Notes: generated from the letters alone by a model not told the origin. Positions 20,990 through 31,065 are shown, counted from the stretch's first letter. The stretch is 64,000 nucleotides of DNA from Anatilimnocola sp. NA78 (GCF_049819085.1 NZ_CP187419.1:5021518-5085517), one strand, 5' to 3'. A program made the numbers and translations.

Positions 20990-22675
20990 ATGATTGCCTG
21001 GCTGTTGCTGGCTGCTACGTTTTCGAGCGAACTTGCCCCAGAGGGTGTGCAGTTGCTCGAGACCTTTCGCAACGAGTTTGTGCTGATCACACCGGGAACA
21101 GGGAAGTTTCCCACCGACGAAAAGGTAAAAGAGCCGTTCGCAATTTCGCGCTACGAAGTGACTCAGAACGTATGGCGTGTCGCGCTGGGCAAGAATCCTA
21201 GCGAGTGGAAAGGTGAGCGAAATTCGTGCGAGCGATTCCATTTTCAAGAGGCCAAGCATTTTTGCGACCGCATTACGTCGGAACTCCGGCGTCAGAAATT
21301 GATCGGACCCAAGCAGGAAGTAAGATTGCCGACGTCGGAGGAATGGGGATACGCGACCGCAGCAGGCACCAACACGAAATTCTCGTTTGGCGACGATGAA
21401 AGCAAGCTTGGTGAGTTTGCCTGGTTCAACGGGAATGCAGCTGGTAACGATCCCGTCGTCGGTGCCAAGAAGCCGAACAACTGGGGCCTCTATGACGTGC
21501 ATGGCTATTTGTGGGAATGGTGCACCACTGAAGCTGGTCCGGTGCTGCGCGGCGGCAGTTGGACTGATCCAGCCGATCAATTGGCGACGGCTGTTGTGAA
21601 AAAGGTGACTCCAGAAACGCGCGGTCCCCATATTGGTCTCCGCTGCGTACTCTCAGGCGAAGGCATCGCTGCGGCAAAGTTTGTTGCCGTCGCAGAACCG
21701 ATCAAGGGAGTTTTCGCACCGGTAAAACAACGGGCGCTGGTTTCCGAAACGGCGAAGCTGGAAAAGTTATGGGGCGAGGGTGAATTCACCGAGGGCCCCG
21801 CGCTGGCACCGGATGGCTCGATTTTGTTTTCAGACATCGGCACCAAGATTTTTCGTTTTGATACGACTACGAAAGAGACCAAGGTTTTTCGCGACCCCAG
21901 TGGCCGCAGCAACGGACTGCTGTTTGATTCCCAAGGTCGCTTGATTGCCTGTGAGGGGGCCAACACTGGTGGCAATCGGCGGATCTCGATTACGGCTGGT
22001 ATCCAAGGAGAGAAAGACGGCAAGATCGAAACGCTGGCCGACAACTTTCAAGGGAAGCGATTCAATAGCCCGAATGATTTGGCCATTGATGGTCAGAACC
22101 GGGTCTATTTCACCGATCCACGTTACGTCGGCGACGATCCGCGGGATCTCGATTTTGAAGCGGTGTTTCTCGTGGCCGCTCCAGTTGCCGGTAAGAAAAG
22201 TGACGTGATCGTCGCGACGCGTGAAGTGCAGAAGCCGAACGGGATTCTGGTCTCCGCCGATGGCAAAACCGTTTACATCGCCGACAACAATCCGAAGGGA
22301 AACGTACACCTAGTTGCTATGACGGTGCAACGGAAAGGCATGCTCGCGGACAAACGCGTGCTGTTTGATTTTGTCTCGGGACGGGGTATCGACGGCATGA
22401 CGCTCGATACGGCGGGCAACATCTATGCGACCGCGGGCACCGGCGACAAAGCGGGCATCTATGTCTTTTCCGCCCAGGGTGAGCATCTGGCGTTTATTGC
22501 TACGCCCGGCGATCCCACGAACTGCACCTTCGGCGCGAACCAGGCCAACGGTTCTTACCTCTATATCACCGCTGCGACGAGCGGAAAAAAAGAAGACGGC
22601 AGCTCTCCGAAATTCGGGCTGTTTCGCATTCTGCTCCCAGCGAAGGGACAGCCATTGCCGAAAGCGATGCCTTGA
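20990..22675 (+). CDS. Fusion protein: FGE-sulfatase (formylglycine-generating-enzyme-like) domain + SMP-30/gluconolactonase/LRE-like beta-propeller
   Basis: N-terminal YEVTQNVW...YLWEWC...RGGSW FGE signature. C-terminal NGLLFD / PNGILVSADGKTVYIAD repeats typical of SGL. Signal peptide present. Confidence 0.65.
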   Translation: MIAWLLLAATFSSELAPEGVQLLETFRNEFVLITPGTGKFPTDEKVKEPFAISRYEVTQNVWRVALGKNPSEWKGERNSCERFHFQEAKHFCDRITSELRRQKLIGPKQEVRLPTSEEWGYATAAGTNTKFSFGDDESKLGEFAWFNGNAAGNDPVVGAKKPNNWGLYDVHGYLWEWCTTEAGPVLRGGSWTDPADQLATAVVKKVTPETRGPHIGLRCVLSGEGIAAAKFVAVAEPIKGVFAPVKQRALVSETAKLEKLWGEGEFTEGPALAPDGSILFSDIGTKIFRFDTTTKETKVFRDPSGRSNGLLFDSQGRLIACEGANTGGNRRISITAGIQGEKDGKIETLADNFQGKRFNSPNDLAIDGQNRVYFTDPRYVGDDPRDLDFEAVFLVAAPVAGKKSDVIVATREVQKPNGILVSADGKTVYIADNNPKGNVHLVAMTVQRKGMLADKRVLFDFVSGRGIDGMTLDTAGNIYATAGTGDKAGIYVFSAQGEHLAFIATPGDPTNCTFGANQANGSYLYITAATSGKKEDGSSPKFGLFRILLPAKGQPLPKAMP

Positions 22676-22696
22676 CGCACGTCCTAAGATTCAGCA

Positions 22697-22981
22697 ATGA
22701 GTGCCGAGTTTGAATGTGAACTATGCCGGCGGTTGTTGAAGGTCAGCGGCAGTCGCCACCATTTGATTCCCCGAGCCTGCCATCGGCGCACTTGGTTCCG
22801 CAAGCGTTACTCGCGCGAACAGATGCAAGCCACCGTCGATCTGTGCAGTGATTGTCACTCGGCGATTCACGACCTTATTCCGGATGAGCGTGAACTTGGC
22901 CGCTCGTATTTCACCCTGGAGCTTCTTTCCGCTCATCCTGCGATGGCAAAGTTTTTGATCTGGGTCCGTAAGCAGAAGTAG
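22697..22981 (+). CDS. Small stand-alone HNH endonuclease-family protein
   Basis: 94 aa. CELC...HHLIP...CSDCHSAIH HNH/zinc-finger motif. Confidence 0.5.
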   Translation: MSAEFECELCRRLLKVSGSRHHLIPRACHRRTWFRKRYSREQMQATVDLCSDCHSAIHDLIPDERELGRSYFTLELLSAHPAMAKFLIWVRKQK

Positions 22982-23148
22982 ACAAGTCCTTGGCCGTGCA
23001 ACTTGCCAGCCGATCGCTTTTTGACCGTGACACTGGCAAGTGCTGCGACCAACTGTTAGGGTTAATCTTCGTGGCGGCGAACATGCGCCTGCCGCAGCCA
23101 GATTTCATGAGTCCTGGCTCCCGCCTCAATATCCCCGGAGAATGAACG

Positions 23149-23760
23149 ATGACGAAGTGGAATACGTTGCTTTTAACAAGTGTGGTCGCTGCCTGTATCA
23201 GCACCGTTTACGCAGCCGATAAGGCTCCCAACGCAGAAAAGGCTCCGGCCGTGCTCGATCACAAAGTAAAGAATATCGCCGGCAAAGAAGTCGACCTGTC
23301 TCAATACAAGGGCAAGGTCCTGCTGGTTGTGAATGTCGCCAGCAAGTGCGGCCTGACCGGTCAGTACGAGGAACTCGAAGCCTTGCACGAAAAGTACAAC
23401 GGCAAGGGATTGGCTGTGATGGGATTTCCCTGCAACCAGTTCGGCAAGCAAGAGCCCTTGAGCGAAGACAAGATCGCTGAGTTCTGCTCGTCAACTTACG
23501 GCGTGAAGTTCGATATGTTCTCGAAGCTCAACGTGAACACTGTCGAAAAAGATGGCAAGATCATCGAAGAAGCCGACCCCTTCTACAAGAGCCTCACTGC
23601 TGCCGACACCAAACCAACCGGCAAGGGCAAGATCAGCTGGAACTTCGAAAAGTTCGTGATCGGTCGCAATGGTGAAGTGGTCGCCCGCTTTGCCCCGCGC
23701 ACTTCGCCCGACGATGCCGAAGTGGTGAAGGTCATCGAAGCTGAACTGGCAAAGAAATAG
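23149..23760 (+). CDS. Glutathione peroxidase (secreted/periplasmic)
   Basis: VASKCGLTGQY and FPCNQF motifs; N-terminal signal peptide. Confidence 0.85.
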   Translation: MTKWNTLLLTSVVAACISTVYAADKAPNAEKAPAVLDHKVKNIAGKEVDLSQYKGKVLLVVNVASKCGLTGQYEELEALHEKYNGKGLAVMGFPCNQFGKQEPLSEDKIAEFCSSTYGVKFDMFSKLNVNTVEKDGKIIEEADPFYKSLTAADTKPTGKGKISWNFEKFVIGRNGEVVARFAPRTSPDDAEVVKVIEAELAKK

Positions 23761-23787
23761 CCCTCAGCAAGCTGAAGAATGGAAATT

Positions 23788-23826
23788 GAAAAGCCTCGCA
23801 CGGTTCGCCCTGCGAGGCTTTTTTCG
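23788..23826. terminator. Bidirectional intrinsic terminator: 13-bp GC stem with UUCG tetraloop flanked by A-run/T-run
   Basis: aaagcctcgcacgg-ttcg-ccctgcgaggcttttttt between convergent gpx and purQ. Read in lines 23761-23830. Confidence 0.65.
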
Positions 23827-23842
23827 TACGCGGGACGGGCAT

Positions 23843-24631
23843 CTAGCCGAAGAAACGCACGGCGTTCTCAAAGACTGCCAAGCCATCACCCCGCTCATGC
23901 TTTTCGCGGGTCCACCTCGGGTGATGCGTGGGGTCGATGTGCCGCTCGGGATGCGGCATTAAGCCAAAAACTCGGCCCGTGTCGTCGCACAGGCCAGCGA
24001 CGTTCCGCTGAGCACCGTTGGGATTAACGGGATACGGCAGCAAGCCGTCCGTAGTCAGCGAGGCACCTTCCGGAGGCGAGTCGTAACGAAGGGTGAGTTG
24101 GCCAGCAGCGTCAAGTTGATTGAGGGTAGCTTCGTCGCGGGCGATGAACTTCCCTTCGGCATGCGCGATGGGCAGGTACATCTGTTCGATGCCTTGCAAA
24201 AACACGCACTTCTGGCTGGCGGTCCGCAGCCAAATCCAACGGTCTTCGAACTTGCCGGAATCGTTGAGCGTGAGTGTAGCTTGGGGCTCATCGGCACGAT
24301 CCGGCAGCAAGATGCCTGACTTGATGAGGATCTGAAAGCCGTTGCAGATGCCGAGAATCAGTTTGCCTGCGGCGCGGAACTCCTGCAGGGTATCGCGCAG
24401 GTGATGGCGAATCTGGTTGCCGAAAATGCGACCAGCGGCAATGTCATCGCCATAGCTGAAGCCACCGGGAATGCTGAGGATTTGATAATCGGCGGCGAGG
24501 GCGGGGCGCTCGAGCAGGCGATTCAAGTGAACCACCTCCGCCTTCGCACCGGCGGTCTCAAAGGCAAAAGCAGTTTCCTGATCGCAGTTGCTGCCGGGTG
24601 CTCGCAAGATCAACACGCGCGGGGTTGCCAT
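23843..24631 (-). CDS. purQ: Phosphoribosylformylglycinamidine synthase glutaminase subunit
   Basis: GICNGFQ catalytic Cys motif and the HPER motif. The ORF-track N-terminal extension is read-through; start placed at MATPRVLIL. Confidence 0.8.
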   Translation of the reverse strand: MATPRVLILRAPGSNCDQETAFAFETAGAKAEVVHLNRLLERPALAADYQILSIPGGFSYGDDIAAGRIFGNQIRHHLRDTLQEFRAAGKLILGICNGFQILIKSGILLPDRADEPQATLTLNDSGKFEDRWIWLRTASQKCVFLQGIEQMYLPIAHAEGKFIARDEATLNQLDAAGQLTLRYDSPPEGASLTTDGLLPYPVNPNGAQRNVAGLCDDTGRVFGLMPHPERHIDPTHHPRWTREKHERGDGLAVFENAVRFFG

Positions 24632-24861
24632 CGCTCCCATTCCTATCAAAAACGCTGCGAAACGACCAACAGTTGCCTGCCGTAATCGGAATTGCCAGCG
24701 TACCAAGAAACGGCTGTTTTCGGTAGGCGGCAACGACTGCAACTGCCGGCAAGCGAAGGCCTTCACGATTTCGCTCATGATTCACTGCCTTAGCTATTTC
24801 CCCGCCGATTGCGGTGGCCGATAATGCTGATAGATCGATTCACACCTAGGAGGGCGGAACC

Positions 24862-25305
24862 ATGCAGGCGAAGAAGATTTTGTTGCCGGTCGATTTTTCC
24901 ACGGCGGGACAGGCAGCGCTCAATATGGCGACGATGCTCGCCCGTGATGGCGGCGGCACGATCGTAATTTTGCACGTGGAAGAACCACCGATGGCCTATG
25001 GCGGTGGCGAACTGTATTACGGGCTGGTGGAACCAGACCGTACTGAGTTGACTCGCATGCTGCACGAGATCAAACCGACCGATCCGAATGTTCCCGTCGT
25101 CTATCGCCTGGTGACAGGCGACCCGGCAACAGCTGTTGTGCAAGCTGCGGAAGAAGAAGGTGCCGACTTTATCGTCGTGGGCTCGCATGGGCGCACGGGA
25201 ATTGGCCGCCTGCTGATGGGAAGTGTCGCTGAGTCGATCGTACGACACGCCAAGTGCCCGGTGGTGACGGTCAAGGCACCGGCTCACATGCAGAAGAAGT
25301 CCTAA
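24862..25305 (+). CDS. Universal stress protein (UspA family)
   Basis: KILLPVDFS...IVVGSHGRTGIGRLLMGSVAESIVRHAKCPVVTVK. Confidence 0.85.
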   Translation: MQAKKILLPVDFSTAGQAALNMATMLARDGGGTIVILHVEEPPMAYGGGELYYGLVEPDRTELTRMLHEIKPTDPNVPVVYRLVTGDPATAVVQAAEEEGADFIVVGSHGRTGIGRLLMGSVAESIVRHAKCPVVTVKAPAHMQKKS

Positions 25306-25332
25306 CGTAGTCCAAGCGATCAAGAAAAACTT

Positions 25333-25370
25333 ACGGCCCCTGGTGAGTGTTTCACCAAGGGCCGTTTATT
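25333..25370. terminator. Candidate bidirectional terminator hairpin (acggcccctggtg...caccaagggccgt + T-rich tail)
   Basis: Read in line 25321. Lies between convergent uspA and the minus-strand stress operon. Confidence 0.5.
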
Positions 25371-25394
25371 GTTTCAACCTGCAAAAGCGTATTT

Positions 25395-26108
25395 CTATGA
25401 CCACCGCTGCTGCGTTGATTGGTTGGGTTGCTGTTCACCCAGGATCGAGCCGCGAATTATCTGACCGCCCAATGAAGTCGTCAGCCCATCGATGATTTCG
25501 TTAATCTGACCTTCGAGTGGCTTGGGAGCCGCTTTGATAATCATGTCTCGGAAGAGTCCGAGCGCCGCACCAACCGCCAAACCCTGTAGTTGGGTTGTCG
25601 CCGGTTTGAGAGCTTCTCCCAGTTGGCTCATCATGTGCGACGAGCGGCTGGGTCGCGACTCACTCTGCGGCACGGCCCGTGGCGTTGGTTCAAAGTTGCT
25701 GCTGGCGTTGTAAGCACCCTGCGGCAAGCTGGCCTGCGCTGCAGAAAGGTGACGGAACTTCTCGTCAGCACGGGCGTCACTCGATTTGTGCAGCATCATG
25801 TAGCCACCGACAAAGCCGACCGCTGCAGCGCCAGCGACCATTGGCCAAGGGTGACGCTCGACGTGATGGGCGATGTTGAACGCTTCACCCACGGCGTCAA
25901 CCGTGTCGCGCACCTGAGTCTTGACAGTTTGTACCGTGTCTTCGACCGCGTGCTTTACTTGTTCGACGGTGTCGGCAGCACCTTGAACGGTATCGCTGAC
26001 TTGCCTTTCGAGCATTTCGAGCTTCTCCGTTAAAGCAGTGCGTGTTTCGTCCATCTGGCCACGAATCGCCAGCGTTTCTTGAATGCTCATCTCTGCTGAG
26101 TGATCCAT
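25395..26108 (-). CDS. Coiled-coil protein with C-terminal hydrophobic anchor (third gene of YqjD/YqjE-like module)
   Basis: 237 aa. Repeated DTV-containing helical segments. C-terminal LAVGAALGLF stretch. Confidence 0.5.
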   Translation of the reverse strand: MDHSAEMSIQETLAIRGQMDETRTALTEKLEMLERQVSDTVQGAADTVEQVKHAVEDTVQTVKTQVRDTVDAVGEAFNIAHHVERHPWPMVAGAAAVGFVGGYMMLHKSSDARADEKFRHLSAAQASLPQGAYNASSNFEPTPRAVPQSESRPSRSSHMMSQLGEALKPATTQLQGLAVGAALGLFRDMIIKAAPKPLEGQINEIIDGLTTSLGGQIIRGSILGEQQPNQSTQQRWS

Positions 26109-26512
26109 TGCACATTCTCCTTCAGCGCTCGGGCAGATTCGTCCGGCAGGGGATTGAATTCGTTAAACTTCCGTAGGGCACCATAAAAGGCGATGCCGCC
26201 GCCAGCAGCCAACAGGCCGCCGACGATTCCAAAGCAGCCCCACAGCGGCAACTCCGTCGCTGCCTCGAGTGCATACACGAACATGAAACAGAGCAACGTG
26301 CCACCGACCGAGGCCAGCGCCAAACCGGTGACCAAGGCGATGACCGCGGCCTTCGTCTTTCGCACGTCTTCTTTTACTTCGGTGCGAAACAGAGCAAGCT
26401 GCTGCTTCATCAACTCTTGTGCATCGGCGATAATGCCACTCACCAGATGCGTCATGCTGGGAGCGGCCGTAGAGCCGGGCTCCGCGTAATCGGTTCGCAG
26501 GTCGGTTGCCAT
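26087..26512 (-). CDS. YqjE-like membrane protein (Phage_holin_3_6/DUF1469 family)
   Basis: 141 aa. Two TM helices (AVIALVTGLALASVGGTLLCFMFVYAL; LWGCFGIVGGLLAAGGGIAFYGAL). Positioned as yqjE is after yqjD in enterobacteria. Confidence 0.5.
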   Translation of the reverse strand: MATDLRTDYAEPGSTAAPSMTHLVSGIIADAQELMKQQLALFRTEVKEDVRKTKAAVIALVTGLALASVGGTLLCFMFVYALEAATELPLWGCFGIVGGLLAAGGGIAFYGALRKFNEFNPLPDESARALKENVQWITQQR

Positions 26513-26518
26513 GATCGG

Positions 26519-26974
26519 TTAGCTCCGGCTAGAAGACGTGCAAGCGCGGGCGACGAGGAAGCCAATACCAGCGGCAATGAAGATCGCGGGAATTGGGTTC
26601 CGCTTGATCGTGGCCGTGATGTCTTCCACCATGCCATTGAAGCCTTGCTCTTCAATGTACTTGCCGGTGTTTTCGAGCGTGTCGGCAACCGAACAAGCGG
26701 CCGAATGCATCATGCTCTCCTCTTCGGGACAAGCAGCACGCAGGCTCTCGCCAGCCGACTTGAGCGAACCGCCTAGAGCCGTTTTGGCGTCTTCCGCCCG
26801 GTGACCCATGTAGGTAGCTGCCTGTTCGGCACCCTTGCCAACGGAGGAAGCAACATTCTTGCTCATATCTTGGACGTAGTTCCCGGCATCCTGGGCCATG
26901 CCACTAGCGGCGTTGGACAGGGAGGCGGTGGCATCTTCGGCTTTAGCTCGGGCTTGATTCGCGACGTTGGACAT
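26519..26974 (-). CDS. DUF883 (ElaB/YqjD-like) stress-associated membrane-anchored protein
   Basis: Start at MSNVANQ. C-terminal NPIPAIFIAAGIGFLVARA anchor typical of DUF883. Confidence 0.55.
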   Translation of the reverse strand: MSNVANQARAKAEDATASLSNAASGMAQDAGNYVQDMSKNVASSVGKGAEQAATYMGHRAEDAKTALGGSLKSAGESLRAACPEEESMMHSAACSVADTLENTGKYIEEQGFNGMVEDITATIKRNPIPAIFIAAGIGFLVARACTSSSRS

Positions 26975-27313
26975 GACTGATTCTCCTGCTTGATTCGAGA
27001 GGACTCCTCGCTGACACCAGCCAGCATGCATCGGTAATTAGCAAGGCGTGTGCCAAGACCAGATTTCAGAGACCGTTTCACAAGTCGTGGTCTCAGCGAA
27101 CCGGAAAAAAACACCCAAAGCCCTGTATTCCGCGAGGAATCAAGCCTTCACCTCAAAGGTTACGTGAATTCTGGCTTTAGCCTCACAATCGGTTGTGCGG
27201 ATCGCCCTCTCCGCACCGTGAGTGCGGGTTCACCAGACTGGTCGACCAGAAACCGCTGCCAATAATGAGCTTTGCCCGATACCGCACACTGGATTCACGC
27301 CTGCGAGCACGAC

Positions 27314-27820
27314 ATGTCACCCTCAGCTACCGAAACTCGCCCCCTCGCCAATCGCAGCACGCTTACCAGCTGGCTGAGTTACGCCTTGGCGTTTTTACTG
27401 ACTTTTGCGGCCGCCTCGTTTGGAACCATGTTTATGCCGGGCGGTTGGTACGCGTCGCTGCAACGGCCGCCGTTGACCCCACCCAACTGGATCTTTGGTC
27501 CAGTCTGGACGTTGCTCTACATCATGATGGCGATCGCGGCCGGTCGAGCCGCCAATCGCAGTTCTCCGGCACAACGGTGGACGACCTGGTCACTCTTCAT
27601 CACCCAACTGGCATTCAATGCCGCCTGGAGTGCTCTGTTCTTCGGAGCCCAGCAGCCTGGTCTGGCCCTGATCGACATCGTGCTGATGTGGTTGGCGATT
27701 GTCGCGACCATTGCCTGGTTCTGGCGAATCGATCGCGTCGCGGCTTGGCTCTTCGTCCCCTATCTGGCTTGGGTCAGTTTTGCCACCTACCTCAACCTGG
27801 GCTTCTGGTGGCTGAACTGA
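27314..27820 (+). CDS. tspO: TspO/MBR tryptophan-rich sensory protein
   Basis: [25 protein letters not shown]...[15 protein letters not shown]; 5 TM; ~168 aa from M15. Confidence 0.8.
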   Translation: MSPSATETRPLANRSTLTSWLSYALAFLLTFAAASFGTMFMPGGWYASLQRPPLTPPNWIFGPVWTLLYIMMAIAAGRAANRSSPAQRWTTWSLFITQLAFNAAWSALFFGAQQPGLALIDIVLMWLAIVATIAWFWRIDRVAAWLFVPYLAWVSFATYLNLGFWWLN

Positions 27821-27917
27821 CCAGGCCGATTTGACGGGTACCTATCGCTTAGCGACAATGCGATTGCCTTCGGACACAACCCCTCACCTGTCTTGCTGCC
27901 AGAAAGCGCCTCTCGCC

Positions 27918-29444
27918 ATGCGTTTGCTAGCCCACCTTTGTTTGCTTGCTTTTCTCTGCCTGCTCGGTGCAAGTTCGTTTGTCCTAGCGCAGGAGAAGGC
28001 GGAGCGTCCAAACATTCTGTTCATCATGTCGGACGATCATGCCTATCAGGCCATCAGCGCTTACGGCAGCAAGGTGAACCAAACGCCTAACATCGATCGC
28101 CTGGCAAAGGAAGGAATGCGGTTCGATCGCTGCTTCGTGACCAATAGCATCTGTGGTCCGAGCCGCGCGGTGATCCTCACCGGCAAGTACAACCACCTGA
28201 ATGGCTTCACGACTAACTCGGTCCGTTTTAACGGCGGTCAGCAAACCGTGGCGAAACTGCTGCAAGCGGGTGGTTATACGACGGCCATGATTGGTAAATG
28301 GCACCTCGTCACCGACCCGACGGGCTTCGACCACTGGAGCGTCCTTCAGGGACAAGGACCGTACTACAACCCCGCGATGAAAACCGCCGCTGGCGTGGTC
28401 AAGCACACCGGCTACACGACCGACATCATCACCGACCAGGCCGTCGAGTGGCTCGACAAGACGCGCGACAAGAGCAAGCCTTTTTTGCTGATGTATCAGC
28501 ACAAGGCCCCGCATCGCAACTGGCAACCGGCACCGCGGTACCTGGATAAGTACAAAGACGTCACGATTCCCGAGCCAGCGAATCTGTTTGACGACTACAA
28601 GGGTCGTGGCACGCCAGCACGCGAAAACCAGATGAGCATCGCCAAGCATCTGACTCCCAACGATCTCAAACTGGGGCCGCAGCAAGGTCTGAACCCCGAA
28701 CAACGCGAAGCACTGACCAAGGCCTATGCCGAGGAGAATAAGAAATTCGCGGAAGCGAATCTGCAGGGTGACGATCTCACTCGCTGGAACTACCAACGCT
28801 ATGTGAAGGACTATTTGCGCTGCGTCGATGCCGTGGACGAAAACGTCGGTCGCGTGCTGAAGTATCTGGACGACACCGGCCTCGCCAAAAACACGCTCGT
28901 CATCTACACCTCCGATCAAGGCTGGTATCTCGGCGAACATGGCTGGTACGACAAGCGTTGGATGTACGAAGAGTCGTTCCGCACACCGCTGCTCGTTCGT
29001 TGGCCGGGCAAGATCCAGCCCGGTACCGTGAACAAAGACATGGTGATGAATCTCGATTTCCCCGAGACGTTTTTAGAGATCGCCGGTCTTCCTATCCCTG
29101 CCGATATGCAGGGCCGCAGCATGGTTCCCGTGCTGCAGGGAAAGACGCCCAGCGATTGGCGCAAGAGTGTCTATTACCACTATTACGAGTTTCCGCAGCC
29201 TCACCATGTGCATCCGCATTACGGCGTCCGGACTGAAAAGCACAAGCTGATCCACTTCTACACGATCAACGAATGGGAGCTCTACGATCTCGAAAAAGAC
29301 CCGAGCGAGATGCAGTCCCGCTACATGGATCCCGCTTACGAACAGATCGTCGCCGATCTCAAACGCCAGCTCGAAGAACTGCGCAAGCAATACAAAGACG
29401 ACGGCAAAGTAGCCGAATTTGACGAGCTAACGCCCAAGCCCTAG
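27918..29444 (+). CDS. Sulfatase (arylsulfatase/GlcNAc-6-sulfatase family) with Cys-type formylglycine motif
   Basis: Signal peptide [37 protein letters not shown] and the [14 protein letters not shown]-x-P-x-R motif. Confidence 0.85.
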   Translation: MRLLAHLCLLAFLCLLGASSFVLAQEKAERPNILFIMSDDHAYQAISAYGSKVNQTPNIDRLAKEGMRFDRCFVTNSICGPSRAVILTGKYNHLNGFTTNSVRFNGGQQTVAKLLQAGGYTTAMIGKWHLVTDPTGFDHWSVLQGQGPYYNPAMKTAAGVVKHTGYTTDIITDQAVEWLDKTRDKSKPFLLMYQHKAPHRNWQPAPRYLDKYKDVTIPEPANLFDDYKGRGTPARENQMSIAKHLTPNDLKLGPQQGLNPEQREALTKAYAEENKKFAEANLQGDDLTRWNYQRYVKDYLRCVDAVDENVGRVLKYLDDTGLAKNTLVIYTSDQGWYLGEHGWYDKRWMYEESFRTPLLVRWPGKIQPGTVNKDMVMNLDFPETFLEIAGLPIPADMQGRSMVPVLQGKTPSDWRKSVYYHYYEFPQPHHVHPHYGVRTEKHKLIHFYTINEWELYDLEKDPSEMQSRYMDPAYEQIVADLKRQLEELRKQYKDDGKVAEFDELTPKP

Positions 29445-29502
29445 ATGCAGAGCAAGGTCTAATTAGGTGACGTGGCGAACGTCGTTTTGAACAAGGGTAA
29501 TC

Positions 29503-29757
29503 ATGGTTATTCAACTTACTCCGCAGTTGCAAGCCACCCTGGCAGAAGAAGCCAGCAAGCTGGGTGTCACTCCCGAGCAACTAGCGATTGCTGCGCTACA
29601 GGAGCGATTCCCGGCAAAGACGTCGCCGGTGCTTGCTCCGAATGCTCAGCGGATGGAACCGCAGGATGAATGGGAACGACGACTGTTTTCCATCGGCAAG
29701 GATCTCGGTTTCTCCCCACCTCGTGAATGGTTAACCAGCGAGAATTATTACGACTAA
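29503..29757 (+). CDS. VapB-type antitoxin
   Basis: 84 aa. Its stop overlaps the start of the downstream PIN gene (TAATG at 29755-29759). Confidence 0.55.
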   Translation: MVIQLTPQLQATLAEEASKLGVTPEQLAIAALQERFPAKTSPVLAPNAQRMEPQDEWERRLFSIGKDLGFSPPREWLTSENYYD

Positions 29758-30218
29758 TGAGCGTTTTGCTGGATACAAGCGTACTTTGCCGTTTAGCGAA
29801 CAACGTGGACGTCGATCATGCGATAACGAATGCCGTGCTGGTCAAGATCCATCGGCAAGGCGAACGCTCGTGTATTACGGCACAGAACTTGATCGAATTT
29901 CGCAACGTGGCCACGCGACCGACCTCTGTTAACGGTTTGGGGATGAGCGCACACCACGCAGATTTGATGAGCGAGGATTTTGAGCGCACATTTCATTTCC
30001 TTTCCGAGATACCCACGATCTTTACCGCCTGGAAGTCACTCGTTACCAATGCTGGCGTTATTGGCAAGCAGGTCCATGACGCCCGACTGGTTGCTGTCTG
30101 CCACGCTCACCAAATCGATCAACTGCTGACGTTCAATGTTGGGCACTTCACGCGTCTCGCTGCGTTTGGTCCACCGCTGAAGATTCTCGATCCGCGAACT
30201 TACTCGCCACCTGCATAA
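29757..30218 (+). CDS. vapC: PIN-domain toxin (VapC family)
   Basis: MSVLLDTSVL N-terminal Asp, ...TFNVGHF C-terminal motif. Start at M11 of the ORF-track protein. Confidence 0.65.
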   Translation: MSVLLDTSVLCRLANNVDVDHAITNAVLVKIHRQGERSCITAQNLIEFRNVATRPTSVNGLGMSAHHADLMSEDFERTFHFLSEIPTIFTAWKSLVTNAGVIGKQVHDARLVAVCHAHQIDQLLTFNVGHFTRLAAFGPPLKILDPRTYSPPA

Positions 30219-30402
30219 TCACCGTGATAATCAGGATATCGATCCTTCCAACAAGCGTTTCCGCATCGTTCTTCCCGCCGAATTCACTCGCGATTCGCGC
30301 CATTTGCGGCAATAATTGCTTGGCAGGTGCGAACTACTGCCAAAGCAACTTATCGTTTCAGCCCGTAATTCGCGGGTGTACCCGTTCGCGGGAGTTTAAG
30401 CC

Positions 30403-31065
30403 ATGACAGCCCTGTTTTTGTTCTTTGCCGTCGTCGGTGGCACCGTTCTCATCTGCCAGTTCGTGCTCACATTGGTAGGCTTGAGCGGCGGTCATGATCT
30501 GCCGGACGATCTGTCGGTGGAGCATGGTGGCGATTTTGGCGGCCACGACGTGAGTGCCGATCATGGCGGCGATATCGGCCACGACCATGGCCATGCCGGC
30601 GAAGCCCATGTTTCGAATTGGCTGTTTGGCGTCATCTCGTTCCGCACGCTCGTCGCCGCGAGCACGTTTTTCGGGTTGGGAGGCTTGGCCGCTCACGAAG
30701 GCGGTTTAAATCTCGCTTCGCAGCTCGGCATCGCCGTGATTTGCGGCCTAGGCGCTATGTATGGGGTACACTGGATCATGAAGTTAATCGGTCGCTTGGG
30801 GGAGGACGGCACTGTCCGCATCCAGCGAGCCATCGGCCAGGAAGGAACGGTCTACGTTCCCATTCCAGGCAGCAAGTCGCGAGCGGGCAAGATCCAGCTG
30901 CGGCTGCAAAACCGGTTGATGGAATACGCCGCCGTGACTGAAGGAACCGAACGTCTGGCAACGGGCACCAAGGTTCGCGTGATTCGTGTCGCCGGCGACG
31001 TCCTCGAAGTTGCTCCCCTGCCTACCTCTACTCCAACTCGGTCCGCTGAAGTTCATTCGGCCTGA
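30403..31065 (+). CDS. NfeD-like membrane protein (short form, YuaF-like) with C-terminal OB-fold
   Basis: N-terminal TM, His/Gly-rich linker, TM, then EGTVYVPIPGS..GKIQLRLQNRLMEYAAVTEG...VRVIRVAGDVLEV. Confidence 0.65.
   Translation: MTALFLFFAVVGGTVLICQFVLTLVGLSGGHDLPDDLSVEHGGDFGGHDVSADHGGDIGHDHGHAGEAHVSNWLFGVISFRTLVAASTFFGLGGLAAHEGGLNLASQLGIAVICGLGAMYGVHWIMKLIGRLGEDGTVRIQRAIGQEGTVYVPIPGSKSRAGKIQLRLQNRLMEYAAVTEGTERLATGTKVRVIRVAGDVLEVAPLPTSTPTRSAEVHSA

Noticed and set aside
27984-28940. ORF 27984..28940(-) 318 aa
   Set aside because: Antisense to the sulfatase gene.
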